Source of the DNA: an uncultured delta proteobacterium | GTDB taxonomy: Bacteria > Desulfobacterota > Desulfomonilia > UBA1062 | Assembly: GCA_963798485.1 (NCBI GenBank) | Contig: CAWCTR010000014.1 | Coordinates: 192,001 to 256,000, forward strand | Direction of reading: 5' to 3' | Length of the DNA: 64,000 nucleotides | In this document: piece after piece, positions 8,444-19,460 of the stretch | How the letters are laid out: the number at the start of each line of letters is the position of its first letter | Numbering within the stretch: the first letter of the stretch is position 1 | Position numbers and translations under genes: made by a program | The notes under the pieces: generated by a model | Database searches by the model: none | What the model was told of the DNA's origin: nothing | The model's input: the letters and a program-made list of their open reading frames with translations, nothing else

Positions 8444-9463
8444 GTGATCATTTCTATGAAAAAAATTGCCACTCAAGAACAGATCGACCATGTCAAGACC
8501 CTTATCGAGTCCTTCGGATACCGGGTTCACGAGAGCATAGGGTCGGAAAGGGTTGTCTTTGGGGCTATCGGCGACGAGAGAGGGAAGGAGAGACTCACAT
8601 GCCTTGAGGCCCAGCCTGGGGTTGAAAAGGTTATCCGCATACTCACCCCGTACAAGCTCGCTTCCCGCGAAACCAAACCGGAGTCAACCATTGTCGACAT
8701 CGGGATGGGCGTAAAGGTGGGCAACCGCCGCATTACCATCTTTGCAGGACCATGCGCTGTAGAATCAAGGGAACAGATTATGGAAGTGGCGAAGACCATC
8801 AAGGAAAGCGGCGGTCATATATTAAGGGGCGGTGCCTTCAAGCCGCGGACGTCGCCCTACGCCTTCCAGGGTTTGAAGAATGACGGCCTTTTACTCTTGT
8901 CACAGGCAAGGCAAGAATACGGGATCCCGGTTGTGACCGAGGTCATGGACATTGCAAGCATCGAGGTTATCCTGGAGAACGCCGACTGCCTTCAGATCGG
9001 CGCCAGAAACATCCAGAATTTCCAACTCCTCAAGGAAGTGGGCAAGATAAACAAGCCGGTATTGCTCAAACGGGGCATGTCCACAACCATAGAAGAGTTC
9101 CTCATGTCAGCCGAATACGTGCTGGCCGGCGGCAACAGCCAGGTTATCCTCTGCGAGCGCGGAATCCGTACCTTTGAGACAGCAACACGCAATACACTTG
9201 ATCTCTCCGCCGTGCCTGTACTGAAGGAAAAGACCCATTTGCCTGTCATCGTAGACCCATCACACGGTACAGGACATGCCCGCTACGTGGAGGCCATGTC
9301 GTATGCCGCTATCGCCGCAGGTGCTGACGGGCTCATGATCGAGGTCCATCCGAAACCCGAAGAGGCCCTGTCCGACGGTCCCCAGTCCTTACGGCCCCAA
9401 GAGTTCAAGAAGGTCATGGATGGCATCAAGCGCATTGCACAGGCTGTGGGCAGGGATGTATGA
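8444..9463 (+). CDS. aroF: DAHP synthase type I-beta with N-terminal regulatory domain
   Basis: [40 protein letters not shown]; AAGGAGG RBS before GTG. Confidence 0.96.
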   Translation: MIISMKKIATQEQIDHVKTLIESFGYRVHESIGSERVVFGAIGDERGKERLTCLEAQPGVEKVIRILTPYKLASRETKPESTIVDIGMGVKVGNRRITIFAGPCAVESREQIMEVAKTIKESGGHILRGGAFKPRTSPYAFQGLKNDGLLLLSQARQEYGIPVVTEVMDIASIEVILENADCLQIGARNIQNFQLLKEVGKINKPVLLKRGMSTTIEEFLMSAEYVLAGGNSQVILCERGIRTFETATRNTLDLSAVPVLKEKTHLPVIVDPSHGTGHARYVEAMSYAAIAAGADGLMIEVHPKPEEALSDGPQSLRPQEFKKVMDGIKRIAQAVGRDV

Positions 9464-9507
9464 CAGGCTTGCTATTTGCCGGGTGAATAACTACTATAGT
9501 AATTACT

Positions 9508-10035
9508 ATGGCATATTTCATGCCCCAACATAGAAACACCCTGAGGTATGGATCGATCCTTGCGGAAGGTATTGTCCACAAGGAATTGGATTGGAATGTT
9601 GCAGGGGTGTACGACATCCAAACCCTGGCAGAGTCCCTGGCGCAAAAGGCGAAAGGCGGTGTCTTTGCCCAGCTCATGATGGTAAAGCCTGAGAAAGTTA
9701 CGGTCCCGCACCATTACCGGGTGTGCCTGCACGACTCTGAAATCTTAAGTTTTGTGGAGAAAAACCCTCACATCGACATGCTCTCGTTCATCACCTTCAT
9801 CATGACCCACGAGCTTGTGCATATACACCGTTTCGCCACGGGCAAGGCCGACTTCTATGGATCCCCTGATGAAGAGGAGGTGGTGGTGGATGCCTTGACC
9901 CGCCTCTTTCTTGCCAAGAACCCGGTGACCGGTCTGAAGAAGGTGCTCGCCGTCCTTGACAACATGGAGGCGGCGCCACTATATAACGAGCACATTGTAA
10001 ACAATCAAGGGAGGTTTATCCGTGCCTATCTATGA
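9508..10035 (+). CDS. Hypothetical protein with HExxH zinc-metallopeptidase motif
   Basis: THELVHIH; overlaps the next gene. Confidence 0.6.
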   Translation: MAYFMPQHRNTLRYGSILAEGIVHKELDWNVAGVYDIQTLAESLAQKAKGGVFAQLMMVKPEKVTVPHHYRVCLHDSEILSFVEKNPHIDMLSFITFIMTHELVHIHRFATGKADFYGSPDEEEVVVDALTRLFLAKNPVTGLKKVLAVLDNMEAAPLYNEHIVNNQGRFIRAYL

Positions 10036-10297
10036 ATATAAGTGCTTGAAGTGCCGGGATGAATTCGAGGCCATGCAGAAGTTCAGCGATTCTCCTCTGA
10101 AAAAGTGCCCATCGTGTGGTGGGTTAGTCAAGAGGCTTATCTCCCGGTCTTCATTCCAGCTCAAGGGATCGGGCTGGTACCTTACGGACTATGCTAAAAA
10201 GGGTTCACCCCGAGATTCAAAGGAAAGTAAAAGCACTACTGAGTCATCTTCAGGAGAAACCCCGTCTCCTTCTCCGACAACGAAGAGTGAAGACTAG
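10022..10297 (+). CDS. FmdB-family zinc-ribbon protein
   Basis: MPIYEYKC..C...FE...CPSCGG...F.LKGSGWY.TDY. Confidence 0.9.
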   Translation: MPIYEYKCLKCRDEFEAMQKFSDSPLKKCPSCGGLVKRLISRSSFQLKGSGWYLTDYAKKGSPRDSKESKSTTESSSGETPSPSPTTKSED

Positions 10298-10306
10298 GTT
10301 CTATCC

Positions 10307-10783
10307 TTGGCCCTGACACATCTGGATAAAAAAGGCCGTGTCACCATGGTGGACGTGGGTGGAAAAACTATCACAAGGCGCGTAGCCAAGGCCACCGGGG
10401 CTATCCGGATGAGCGCCATGGCCTTTACCGCCATCACAACTGATTCTGTTAAGAAGGGTAATGTCCTTGCCACTGCCAAGATCGCCGGTATTATGGCGGC
10501 AAAAAATACCTGTAACATTATACCACTTTGTCACCCTCTTCCCATTGATCATATAGAGATCGCATTTCACCTTGATAAGAAGACATCAACCATTAAGGCT
10601 GAGGCTACGGTGAAGGTCTCGGGCAAGACCGGTGTCGAGATGGAGGCCCTGCATGCCGTCGGCGTGGCCCTGCTCACTATTTATGATATGGTTAAAGCTA
10701 TTGATAAAACCATGGTCCTCGGCGAAATAAGGCTTGAAGAGAAGTCTGGCGGCAGGAGCGGTAAGTATAAAAGAGTGTTATGA
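10307..10783 (+). CDS. moaC: Cyclic pyranopterin monophosphate synthase
   Basis: LTHLD..G...MVDV, AGIMAAK.T..IIPLCH, TGVEMEAL, KSGG.SG. Confidence 0.96.
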   Translation: MALTHLDKKGRVTMVDVGGKTITRRVAKATGAIRMSAMAFTAITTDSVKKGNVLATAKIAGIMAAKNTCNIIPLCHPLPIDHIEIAFHLDKKTSTIKAEATVKVSGKTGVEMEALHAVGVALLTIYDMVKAIDKTMVLGEIRLEEKSGGRSGKYKRVL

Positions 10784-10791
10784 AAGCATAG

Positions 10792-10820
10792 AGGGGCGGG
10801 CTTTCAAAAAACCCGCCCCT
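10792..10820. terminator. Hairpin between convergent genes
   Basis: AGGGGCGGG / CCCGCCCCT stem. Confidence 0.55.
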
Positions 10821-10871
10821 ACATATCTCATCAATAAATCATTCAATTCTGGCCACTGGTCACTGAAGCAG

Positions 10872-11537
10872 TTACTGAGTCAGCGGGGCAAGCTGGATTT
10901 CTACGCGGCGGTTCTGGGAACGGCCTTCGGGTGTATCATTGCTCGCAATAGGACGTGACTTACCGAAACCCTGGGTCACGACTCGTCGTGCGTCGATCCC
11001 CTGGGATGTCAGGTAATTCCCCACACTGGCTGCCCTGCGCTCTGACAGCGGCTGATTGATGGCATCGCTGCCCGTGCTGTCGGTATGGCCTGCGATATCG
11101 ATGAGGGTCTTGTTATACTCTTTCACTACGAGCACCACCGAGTTGAGGACATTGTAGAAATTCGCATTAATGTCAGCGCTGTTGGTCTGGAAGGTTATGT
11201 TGCCGGGCATGTTCAGGATGATATTGTCACCCTGCCTGGTAACACTCACCCCTGATCCCTGGAGTTTCTGCCTGAGTGCGGCCTCCTGCTTATCCATGTA
11301 GTATCCTACCGTACCGCCCGCAAGGGCGCCGACGCCTGCACCGATGAGCATCCCCTTGCGGCGGTCCTTATGACCGGTTACCGCGGCGCCTAGTGCTGCA
11401 CCGCTCACAGCTCCTATCGCGCTCCCCCAAGCGGTCTTGCTGACTTTCTGTTCGCCGGTGTATGGATCAGTGGCACAACCCTCAGTTAAAAAGGCCATGG
11501 CCAGGATGATGACGATTCCCAAACTAAGATTGCGCAT
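10872..11537 (-). CDS. OmpA-family lipoprotein with glycine zipper (YiaD-like)
   Basis: Lipobox EGC, glycine zipper, GHTDSTG, LSERRA, NRRVEI. Confidence 0.92.
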   Translation of the reverse strand: MRNLSLGIVIILAMAFLTEGCATDPYTGEQKVSKTAWGSAIGAVSGAALGAAVTGHKDRRKGMLIGAGVGALAGGTVGYYMDKQEAALRQKLQGSGVSVTRQGDNIILNMPGNITFQTNSADINANFYNVLNSVVLVVKEYNKTLIDIAGHTDSTGSDAINQPLSERRAASVGNYLTSQGIDARRVVTQGFGKSRPIASNDTPEGRSQNRRVEIQLAPLTQ

Positions 11538-11644
11538 TGTCTTGCCTCCTTTTGTCTTAAAAGTTATCGGGTAATGATACTATCCAATTGTTCAGTATTC
11601 TACCAAATTCCTTTTGTACATATCATAACTCGCTTAAAAAATCC

Positions 11645-13402
11645 TTAACCGGTAGGTCGTATCGGAGGCGTTATGAGAAGCCTAAAATAATCGACATGAT
11701 ATCCCTTATGTGGTGACTTCAAGATCCTAACCTCGCCAGGAGGAATAAGGCCCATTATTTTTTTTAAATCCGAGGTCTCCACTATTACTGCAGAAGGTAA
11801 GCTTGGGGAACTTAAAAAACGGGCAACCTCATAAGGAGAATCGAGGATCTTGAATTTTCTATTTAGATAGAAAGTGAATATTCCTGTGTACCTTTCCTGA
11901 TCAAAGGCAAGGGCCAATTGCCTATTATCTTGAGTCTCAGTTTTTACCATGTCTGCGAAGGGCTTTAGTGTCCGTTGGTAGTCATAGATCGGCATAAGTA
12001 TGAAGATTATCATTATGAGAACCGCCGCGCAAACAGCAGGGAACCAGGAAATGCCCTGGACGGCCTTTGATTGCCTGAAAAGCCTCCGGAACGTAAAAGC
12101 CGCAAGCATTAAAAGCACTGCACAGAGAAGCAATGATATCCGAGCAAAAACTAGACCAGAAACAGTTATAACGTTAACACCACCAAAGAAACGATTGAAA
12201 AATGTCTGCGGCAGAAAATACATGATTATATAGATCACAGGAATTAAAAAGAGGATCATTGTTATAAATCCTGCGGTTAGGCCAATCACCCATCGTTCTA
12301 TTTTCGAAAAAGTTCTTTCAGCAGCATGCTGAAGCCATACCCCTGCCATGATAAACATGATCGGAAACATGGGTATGGCATAACGTGTGCTTTTAGCAGA
12401 TGAGGCGTGCAGGACAATGGCCATGCACACAACAGCTAAACGCAAGAATACACTTAAGGGATCGCTTAAGCCCCTGCCTTTTCTAAACCAGTGGATGAGT
12501 CCTGCCACAACAATGAGTGTGTAGGGAAGTATATTTTTAGGGATGGCTATAAGATAGTAATAGATAGGTTCTTTATGGACAAAATAAGGGTCCTTTTGAA
12601 GGGTTGGGTCACTCATTGTGAGAAATCGGCCGAACTGGTTTGCCCAGAATGCTGAATCAAGATATTCCTTTCCCCCTTTTTCATAGAGCGCCCATGCCCA
12701 AGGAGCCACGACAAGCATAAAAACAGGGATGAATATGGCCGGCAAAATAAGTGCGAGTTTCCACTCTCTGCGGTAGATGAGGAAGCACATTACGGTAACC
12801 CATATAAAGCCGGGCCCTAATAGACCTTTTGCATAAAAGGAAAAGGCTGAAACAAAGATGAAGGCCAGCCATAAGATACATCTCCTCGACAAGTAAGCAG
12901 ACCAGAAAACCCAGAGCGAGAGCATTACCATGAATGCAATACAGACATCGGTAAGTACAACCCGTGAATATTCCATGTACATGATGGATGTCGCACACAT
13001 GAATGCCCCTACCATTCCGGCTCGTTCATAACCTAAACGCCTGGCAAACAGATATGCCAGGAATATCGCCCCGAACCCATAAATGGCTGCTGGTAGACGC
13101 ACAAGACCTTCATTAACCCTGCCGGCGATAGTGCAGAAAAGCATTCCTGTCCAATGCAGCAGAGGGGGTTTTTCCAGATAAGGCGAGCCATTGAGTGTAG
13201 GCATTACCCAGTTCCCTGACCGGTACATTTCAGCAATCATTGCGCCTTCACGTGAATCGTTCGGCGCCCAAAGAGAATGATCAAAAACACCGCTGGTACA
13301 GAAAAGCACCAGTAATGAAATGAATACTATTCTCTCCCATTGCATAAGTTCTCGGGAATTATTAATGCAGCCGGTATTGGGGGATAATTTATTTATCTTC
13401 AC
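11645..13402 (-). CDS. ArnT/PMT-family (GT39/GT83-like) membrane glycosyltransferase
   Basis: EM..SG.W..P.LNG.PYLEKPPL, RLP.A, AKG motifs; many TM helices; start may be 13345. Confidence 0.85.
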   Translation of the reverse strand: MKINKLSPNTGCINNSRELMQWERIVFISLLVLFCTSGVFDHSLWAPNDSREGAMIAEMYRSGNWVMPTLNGSPYLEKPPLLHWTGMLFCTIAGRVNEGLVRLPAAIYGFGAIFLAYLFARRLGYERAGMVGAFMCATSIMYMEYSRVVLTDVCIAFMVMLSLWVFWSAYLSRRCILWLAFIFVSAFSFYAKGLLGPGFIWVTVMCFLIYRREWKLALILPAIFIPVFMLVVAPWAWALYEKGGKEYLDSAFWANQFGRFLTMSDPTLQKDPYFVHKEPIYYYLIAIPKNILPYTLIVVAGLIHWFRKGRGLSDPLSVFLRLAVVCMAIVLHASSAKSTRYAIPMFPIMFIMAGVWLQHAAERTFSKIERWVIGLTAGFITMILFLIPVIYIIMYFLPQTFFNRFFGGVNVITVSGLVFARISLLLCAVLLMLAAFTFRRLFRQSKAVQGISWFPAVCAAVLIMIIFILMPIYDYQRTLKPFADMVKTETQDNRQLALAFDQERYTGIFTFYLNRKFKILDSPYEVARFLSSPSLPSAVIVETSDLKKIMGLIPPGEVRILKSPHKGYHVDYFRLLITPPIRPTG

Positions 13403-13483
13403 CTTAGACTCTCATTAATGTAAGATTATCTTTATACATGAGCGGCCTTTTCTTCATGGGTCAATCAGGGTGAGAGTGAATTA

Positions 13484-14167
13484 TTATTCAAATTGACTAC
13501 TAAGACCTGCTGTAGGGAGACTTCGAGACACAGCATTATCCGCTTGAGATTTGAGTTTTTTCCAACGCGGCATATAATCAAGGAGAAACCATCCTTTTTC
13601 AATATCTCGATCAAAGCTCTCCATGCCCCCCAGGAGATTGGCCTCGCGTCGTGCACGTTCGTTGTCCCACCGCTGATATTCCATGCGATAAATGGCACTC
13701 ATCACCCCGGTCCTGCCGATCCCGTGTTTGCAATGAATGAGGACCGGATACGTGCCGGGATCGTCCATAAGCGCTAGATAGGCTGAAACTATCCTCTGTT
13801 CCGGGACCTGATTCATGGGTAGAGATACATGCCGGATACCGTTCCTCGTCAGGGCATCCCTTTCAAGGGGAACCCCTTCTTCTTGTTCCTTTCTCAGATC
13901 CACGACTGTTTTTATGCTATATTCCCTGCACTTACCTATCAATTCCTCCGGCGGCATAGCTGCTGATCGAAACACCCGCCCCGAATCAATCTCGGTGAAG
14001 CGGTGATCGAAAGACCTCCATTTGATATAGATCACACCCGGTGTCACGATGGCTGCCACAACAATGATGATTAATATTGAGGTGAAAACCCGCCTGGGGC
14101 GCGACATTTTCCTGTTTTGTGTAGTTTTATCTGAGCAGTCCGGATGAGCCTTCTGTTCATTATCCAT
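13484..14167 (-). CDS. Membrane-anchored dual-specificity/tyrosine phosphatase family protein
   Basis: CX5R motif HCKHGIGRTG, IKTVVDLR, N-terminal TM segment. Confidence 0.85.
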   Translation of the reverse strand: MDNEQKAHPDCSDKTTQNRKMSRPRRVFTSILIIIVVAAIVTPGVIYIKWRSFDHRFTEIDSGRVFRSAAMPPEELIGKCREYSIKTVVDLRKEQEEGVPLERDALTRNGIRHVSLPMNQVPEQRIVSAYLALMDDPGTYPVLIHCKHGIGRTGVMSAIYRMEYQRWDNERARREANLLGGMESFDRDIEKGWFLLDYMPRWKKLKSQADNAVSRSLPTAGLSSQFE

Positions 14168-14263
14168 GAATATTTCAGTCCTTTTTGCCTGGGTTCACCC
14201 TTTCAAAGGGAATTATCTATCATACCTGAGACAATCGTACAACACATATACCCCTTCTAAAAT

Positions 14264-16189
14264 TCAATGAATGATAAGCGGGGAGCTGTTCGGAGCCGAT
14301 ATGGTCCTGGTGAGGTCATGTAAATAAGAAGCCTTCTTTCTGCTTGAAAACGAGTTCTCCGATTCTTTCAGCAGGGCAATCTCCCGGTAATTGAACTCAT
14401 TATTCTTCTTCTTGATGTTATACAAATCAAAGCTGTCCAAGGTTATACCTTCAGAATAAACCGTATCATCAATTATGTAAGCCTTGTTTTTGTAGCTCAT
14501 CTCGATGAGGCTTCGGTGGCCCGGCAGGTTCAGGAGATCTTTCCCTGAGCTGTAGTCACAGATGCTGTTGACACAGCCGAAGGCATACCGCAGTAGCGTG
14601 GGCACCACATCAATATGTGAAGACCTCATTCTCACGACCTTCCCCTTTGTATCATCGGGGAGATACATAATGAGGGGAACCGAGGTCTGATATCGCGTGA
14701 AATTGCTTCCATGTCCCCAATATCCATCTCCCTTGTCGTTAAACTCTTCACCGTGATCGGATGAAATTATGATGATGGTCTTTGAATCAAGCCTGGCACC
14801 TTTCAGCGCCGTGAGCACTTCGCCAAAAAGAGAATCCATATTGTGCAATGAGTTTTTATATTTATTCATGAGTGGGGTAGGATCTCCATATTTGTTGAAA
14901 ATGAAAGAACCTGCTTTGGCTATGGGCTGGAATATCGCATGCTTGTCTGTATAGTCGTAGGGGTAATGTGATGATGTGACGAAGACAAATTTGAAGAAAG
15001 GCGAATCGGGTTTCTGTGCTTTGAGCGAATTGATGAGATCGGATATAAGATTGATATCATCCTGTATACTATTGTGATCCTCCCTAACAATATACTTACG
15101 TGCTGGGATGCCATGAAAAAACATTTCCTTCAAGGAAAATCCATCGAAATTTGAAGATGTATACACGCTGATATCATAGCCATTGTCCTTGAGAACATCC
15201 ATGAACACAGGGGGATATTTCACGGGGTCGGATGTGACATATTTCATGTATGTGGGATGCAGGCCGTACATAAGGCTGAACAGTCCGTATGGGGTACAAT
15301 TCCCCCCGCTTAAATGATTGGTGAAAAGATAGCTTTTTTTTGCAAAACCAGCCATGACAGGGGTGATCTTCTCGTTCATGCAATCGGATCGCCAGCTTTC
15401 CAGGAGGAAGAATAAGATATTGTACTTCTTCCCGGAGGGGACCCTGCATTCAATCTTCTTCAAGGGATACTTCAGACTGCCGGTATTGTCTGTATTCAAG
15501 TCCAGGTTGGGAACACTTCTCCCAGACCTTTCGGGGACGATGGCCGGGAAGTCTTTCGCCATTTTCTTCATGAAATCACTTGCCTTGGAGTCCATGAAGA
15601 AGGGAAAATACGGGTTATACCGTGTAATATAATTCTGATTGTATTCATTGCCCCAGGCAAGCAGCACCCTGCCTATGATGAAAAAGATCAATGCCGCGAA
15701 AGCAATCCTTGCGGTCCATCTCTTGAAACGTTCAGCTTTCCGGAAGATAAGGGCATTCACCAGGAGGATAACCGCAAATGCTGCAATTGCCAGCATGACG
15801 ATATACGTCGGTATTCCTATGCCATGGTAGTCATGGATCAGCATATTCATGAATATCATGTCAACATGGGACTGAAAGATATTGAATACAAAGAGATTGA
15901 TCAGCAGATACACATCGATAATGACCTTTGGCGCAATGACAAAGAACCGGGCATAAGGGACAAAGTACAGCGGGATCAAGAGATACAGGGATATCGTGAT
16001 TATCATATAGTAATAACAAGGGATCGTTGCTGCGTAGATCCAGGCAATGATATTTCCCGGATACCCGGTTCCCATGTAGTAAAACAACAAAAGAACGAGG
16101 GTGAAGGAGAAACTCAAGGTACTGAATCTGAGAATATGGCTTATTGCATTTATGGGAATAACTCTCGTTGTCGCCCAGTTTATTTTCAT
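14264..16189 (-). CDS. YejM/PbgA-like membrane sulfatase-fold protein
   Basis: About 5 N-terminal TM helices, LLESWRSD, H.SGGN.T..GLFSL.YG, SDHGEEFND...WGHGSNF. Confidence 0.8.
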   Translation of the reverse strand: MKINWATTRVIPINAISHILRFSTLSFSFTLVLLLFYYMGTGYPGNIIAWIYAATIPCYYYMIITISLYLLIPLYFVPYARFFVIAPKVIIDVYLLINLFVFNIFQSHVDMIFMNMLIHDYHGIGIPTYIVMLAIAAFAVILLVNALIFRKAERFKRWTARIAFAALIFFIIGRVLLAWGNEYNQNYITRYNPYFPFFMDSKASDFMKKMAKDFPAIVPERSGRSVPNLDLNTDNTGSLKYPLKKIECRVPSGKKYNILFFLLESWRSDCMNEKITPVMAGFAKKSYLFTNHLSGGNCTPYGLFSLMYGLHPTYMKYVTSDPVKYPPVFMDVLKDNGYDISVYTSSNFDGFSLKEMFFHGIPARKYIVREDHNSIQDDINLISDLINSLKAQKPDSPFFKFVFVTSSHYPYDYTDKHAIFQPIAKAGSFIFNKYGDPTPLMNKYKNSLHNMDSLFGEVLTALKGARLDSKTIIIISSDHGEEFNDKGDGYWGHGSNFTRYQTSVPLIMYLPDDTKGKVVRMRSSHIDVVPTLLRYAFGCVNSICDYSSGKDLLNLPGHRSLIEMSYKNKAYIIDDTVYSEGITLDSFDLYNIKKKNNEFNYREIALLKESENSFSSRKKASYLHDLTRTISAPNSSPLIIH

Positions 16190-16788
16190 GAAGTAGCTCC
16201 GATCTGACAGGCGGTATTTACCGCTTTAATGATCCTTTCGTGTACATGTTCCAGGCCGAGGCTTGTATCAATGATTCGATGACGATCATTGCGGGATATC
16301 CGGAGAAAGGCATCCCTGATCCTTTGATGATAATCCCGCCCCTTGTGCTCGAACCGGTCTGAAGGTTTTATCCGTGAAAGGCCCAGTTCAGGACTCACGT
16401 CCATCATGAAGGTAAGATCAGGCTCGATCCACGTCCCTGTCAGTTCCATGATTGCTTTTACCCTTTCATAGCCGAGTCCGCCTACAATGCCCTGGTAGAC
16501 CAGAGTGGAATCAACGAACCGGTCAATGATGATAATTGTGCCCTCTGCAAGGCCCGGTTTTATGATCCTGGAGATGTTCTGAGCGCGGGATGCGAGGATC
16601 AAGAGGAGCTCTGCCATGACATCCAGGTCCTGTCTCAGAAAAAGATCCCTTACCTCTTCAGAAAAAGAAGAGCCGCCGGGCTCTCTAAACGTAAGCCACG
16701 GCAACCCATTACTGGTCAGGTAAGAGCCGAGAGAGGCGGCATTGGTCGTCTTGCCGGCGCCCTCCCCTCCCTCAAAGCTTATGATCAC
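16186..16788 (-). CDS. tmk: Thymidylate kinase
   Basis: SFEGGEGAGKTT, REPGG, DRFVDST.VYQG. Confidence 0.95.
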   Translation of the reverse strand: MIISFEGGEGAGKTTNAASLGSYLTSNGLPWLTFREPGGSSFSEEVRDLFLRQDLDVMAELLLILASRAQNISRIIKPGLAEGTIIIIDRFVDSTLVYQGIVGGLGYERVKAIMELTGTWIEPDLTFMMDVSPELGLSRIKPSDRFEHKGRDYHQRIRDAFLRISRNDRHRIIDTSLGLEHVHERIIKAVNTACQIGATS

Positions 16789-19460
16789 TTCTTTTTTTTC
16801 TCGTCTGCAAGCGCTGCATGGGCAGCTGCGAGCCGCGCAATGGGAACTCGGTAGGGCGAGCAGCTCACATAGTTCATGCCGACCTTGTGGCAGAATTCGA
16901 TGGATGAAGGTTCTCCACCATGTTCGCCGCAGATACCCACCTTAAGCTTTTTGCGAATCTTTCTGCCCTTTTCGATACCGATGCGAACCAGCTCGCCCAC
17001 ACCTTCCTGGTCAAGGGCCTGGAACGGATCATTCGGCAGGATCTTTTTCTCAACGTAATCAGGCAAGAACTTCCCTGCATCATCACGGGAAAGGCCAAAG
17101 GTGGTCTGGGTGAGATCGTTTGTGCCGAATGAGAAGAACTCGGCATGCTCGGCGATCTTGTCGGCAGTGATAGCAGCCCTGGGGAGTTCGATCATGGTGC
17201 CTACCATATAGCTGAGTTTAACATTATACGATTTGATTATCTCGTCCGCCACCTGGATGGTCATATTCTTCAGTATCTCCAGTTCCTTGACGTGGCCCAC
17301 AAGCGGGATCATGATCTCGGGCTCTACGTCGATCTTTTCCTTTTTCACCTCACAGGCAGCCTCAACAATGGCCCTTACCTGCATCTCGTAGATCTCTGGG
17401 AAGGTTATACCGAGCCTGCAGCCCCTGTGCCCCAACATTGGATTGGCCTCATGGAGTGCCTCCCTCTTTGTCCTCACCTCTGCCACTGGTGTCTTGAGGG
17501 CCTTGGCAACCTCTGCTATCTCTGCTTCGGTATTGGGCAGGAATTCGTGCAGGGGGGGGTCCAGCAGCCTGATGGTTACCGGCAGGCCGTCCATAACCCG
17601 GAAGATCTCTTTGAAATCACCCTTCTGCATGGGTTTGATCTTATCAAGTGCCTTCCTTCTGCCCTTCACGTCGTTGGCAAGGATCATCTCGCGAACAGCA
17701 AGGATCCTGTCCGCCTCGAAAAACATATGCTCTGTGCGGCACAGACCTATGCCCTCGGCGCCGAATTCTCTGGCCACCTTGGCGTCTTTGGGCGTGTCTG
17801 CATTGGTGCGGACCCCGAGTTTGCGGTATTCATCAGCCCACTTCATCAGTGTCCCGAAGGCTCCCGAGAGCGAAGGCGGGGTTGTCTTGCATTCACCCAA
17901 AATGACCTCTCCCTTAGTCCCATCCAAAGATATGAAATCACCTTTCTTGACGGTTTGTCCGCCTAAGGTGAACTTCTGCTTGGCATAGTCCACAACCAGG
18001 TCCTGGACCCCGGACACACAGCATTTGCCCATACCGCGGGCAACGACTGCAGCATGTGAGGTCATACCTCCCCGTGCCGTGAGGATGCCCTGGGCCACAT
18101 TCATGCCGTGGATGTCTTCGGGGGAGGTCTCGACGCGAACCAGGATCACCTTCTTTCCCTTCTTCACCTCCACCTCGGCATCTTCAGCTGAGAAGACTAC
18201 ACTTCCTACGGCTGCGCCGGGTGAAGCAGGCAGGCCCTTGCCCATGATTTTCTTCTTGGCCTTGGGGTCGATCTGCGGGTGCAGAAGCTGGTCGATCTGC
18301 TCAGGGGTTACCCGCTGATGAACAGCCTCCTTTTTTGTAATGAGGCCCTCATTCACCATATCCACAGCAATCTGTACGGCAGCAGCAGCAGTACGTTTGC
18401 CGGTCCTGGTCTGGAGCATCCAGAGGTTACCCTCCTGGACCGTGAACTCAATGTCCTGCATGTCGCGATAATGTTTTTCCAGATTCTCATAGATATCCAC
18501 GAGCTGATGGTACTGCTCTGACAGGGCCTCTTCCATAGACACGTCTGACTTGCTTCTCTTGCCCTTCACATTGATGGGTTGCGGTGTCCGGATACCCGCC
18601 ACCACGTCCTCGCCCTGGGCGTTCTTCAGGTACTCTCCATAGAAGACATGTTCTCCGGTGGCAGGGTCGCGGGTGAATGCCACTCCTGTCGCAGAACCTT
18701 CTCCCATATTGCCGAAGACCATGGCCTGGCAGTTCACGGCAGTGCCCCATTCATCAGGGATATTGTTAAGCTTCCGGTACGTGATGGCACGCGGTGTGTT
18801 CCATGATTTGAACACGGCTTCAATACCGCCCCAGATCTGTTCCATGGGGTCTGACGGAAGGTCCATGCCGGTGAGCTTTTTAACCTTTTCTTTCATCGTT
18901 TCAACAAGTTTCTTCAGATCCTTGGCATCGAGATCCGTGTCGAGCCTTACCCCCTTTTTCTTTTTCATCTTTTCAAGTTCTTCTTCCAGCTCGTCTGAAT
19001 CGGCACCCATGACCACGTCCGAATACATCTGGATAAAGCGCCGGTAGCAATCCCATGCGAAACGTTCGTTGCCGCTCATCTTGATAAGGCCATGCACGGT
19101 TTCATCGTTGATGCCGAGGTTCAGCACCGTATCCATCATACCCGGCATGGATGCCCTGGCCCCTGAGCGAACAGAAAACAGAAGCGGGGCCTCTGTATCG
19201 CCAAAACCGAGTCCCATTGCCCTCTCAACCTTTTTAATAGCTTCTTTTACCTGCGTCTTTAAGTCTTTCGGAAGCCCATGCGTTTCATAATACACGGTGC
19301 ACATGTCGGTTGAGATGGTGAATCCCGGCGGAACCGGTATTCCAAGATTGGTCATTTCAGCAAGATTGGCCCCTTTTCCTCCAAGGACGGCCTTCATGTC
19401 AGCATTGCCCTCAGCCTTGGTTCCCCTGCCTCCAAAGAGATAAACATACTTTTTTGCCAT
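16785..19460 (-). CDS. ppdK: Pyruvate, phosphate dikinase
   Basis: GGKGANLAEM, SVRSGA..SMPGMMDT, GGMTSHAAVVAR, GLCRTEHMF. Confidence 0.98.
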   Translation of the reverse strand: MAKKYVYLFGGRGTKAEGNADMKAVLGGKGANLAEMTNLGIPVPPGFTISTDMCTVYYETHGLPKDLKTQVKEAIKKVERAMGLGFGDTEAPLLFSVRSGARASMPGMMDTVLNLGINDETVHGLIKMSGNERFAWDCYRRFIQMYSDVVMGADSDELEEELEKMKKKKGVRLDTDLDAKDLKKLVETMKEKVKKLTGMDLPSDPMEQIWGGIEAVFKSWNTPRAITYRKLNNIPDEWGTAVNCQAMVFGNMGEGSATGVAFTRDPATGEHVFYGEYLKNAQGEDVVAGIRTPQPINVKGKRSKSDVSMEEALSEQYHQLVDIYENLEKHYRDMQDIEFTVQEGNLWMLQTRTGKRTAAAAVQIAVDMVNEGLITKKEAVHQRVTPEQIDQLLHPQIDPKAKKKIMGKGLPASPGAAVGSVVFSAEDAEVEVKKGKKVILVRVETSPEDIHGMNVAQGILTARGGMTSHAAVVARGMGKCCVSGVQDLVVDYAKQKFTLGGQTVKKGDFISLDGTKGEVILGECKTTPPSLSGAFGTLMKWADEYRKLGVRTNADTPKDAKVAREFGAEGIGLCRTEHMFFEADRILAVREMILANDVKGRRKALDKIKPMQKGDFKEIFRVMDGLPVTIRLLDPPLHEFLPNTEAEIAEVAKALKTPVAEVRTKREALHEANPMLGHRGCRLGITFPEIYEMQVRAIVEAACEVKKEKIDVEPEIMIPLVGHVKELEILKNMTIQVADEIIKSYNVKLSYMVGTMIELPRAAITADKIAEHAEFFSFGTNDLTQTTFGLSRDDAGKFLPDYVEKKILPNDPFQALDQEGVGELVRIGIEKGRKIRKKLKVGICGEHGGEPSSIEFCHKVGMNYVSCSPYRVPIARLAAAHAALADEKKKK

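Noticed and set aside
17145-19290. Long antisense ORFs over ppdK (similarly 61121-62098 and others)
   Set aside because: Shadow frames of well-conserved genes, with no motifs or RBS.
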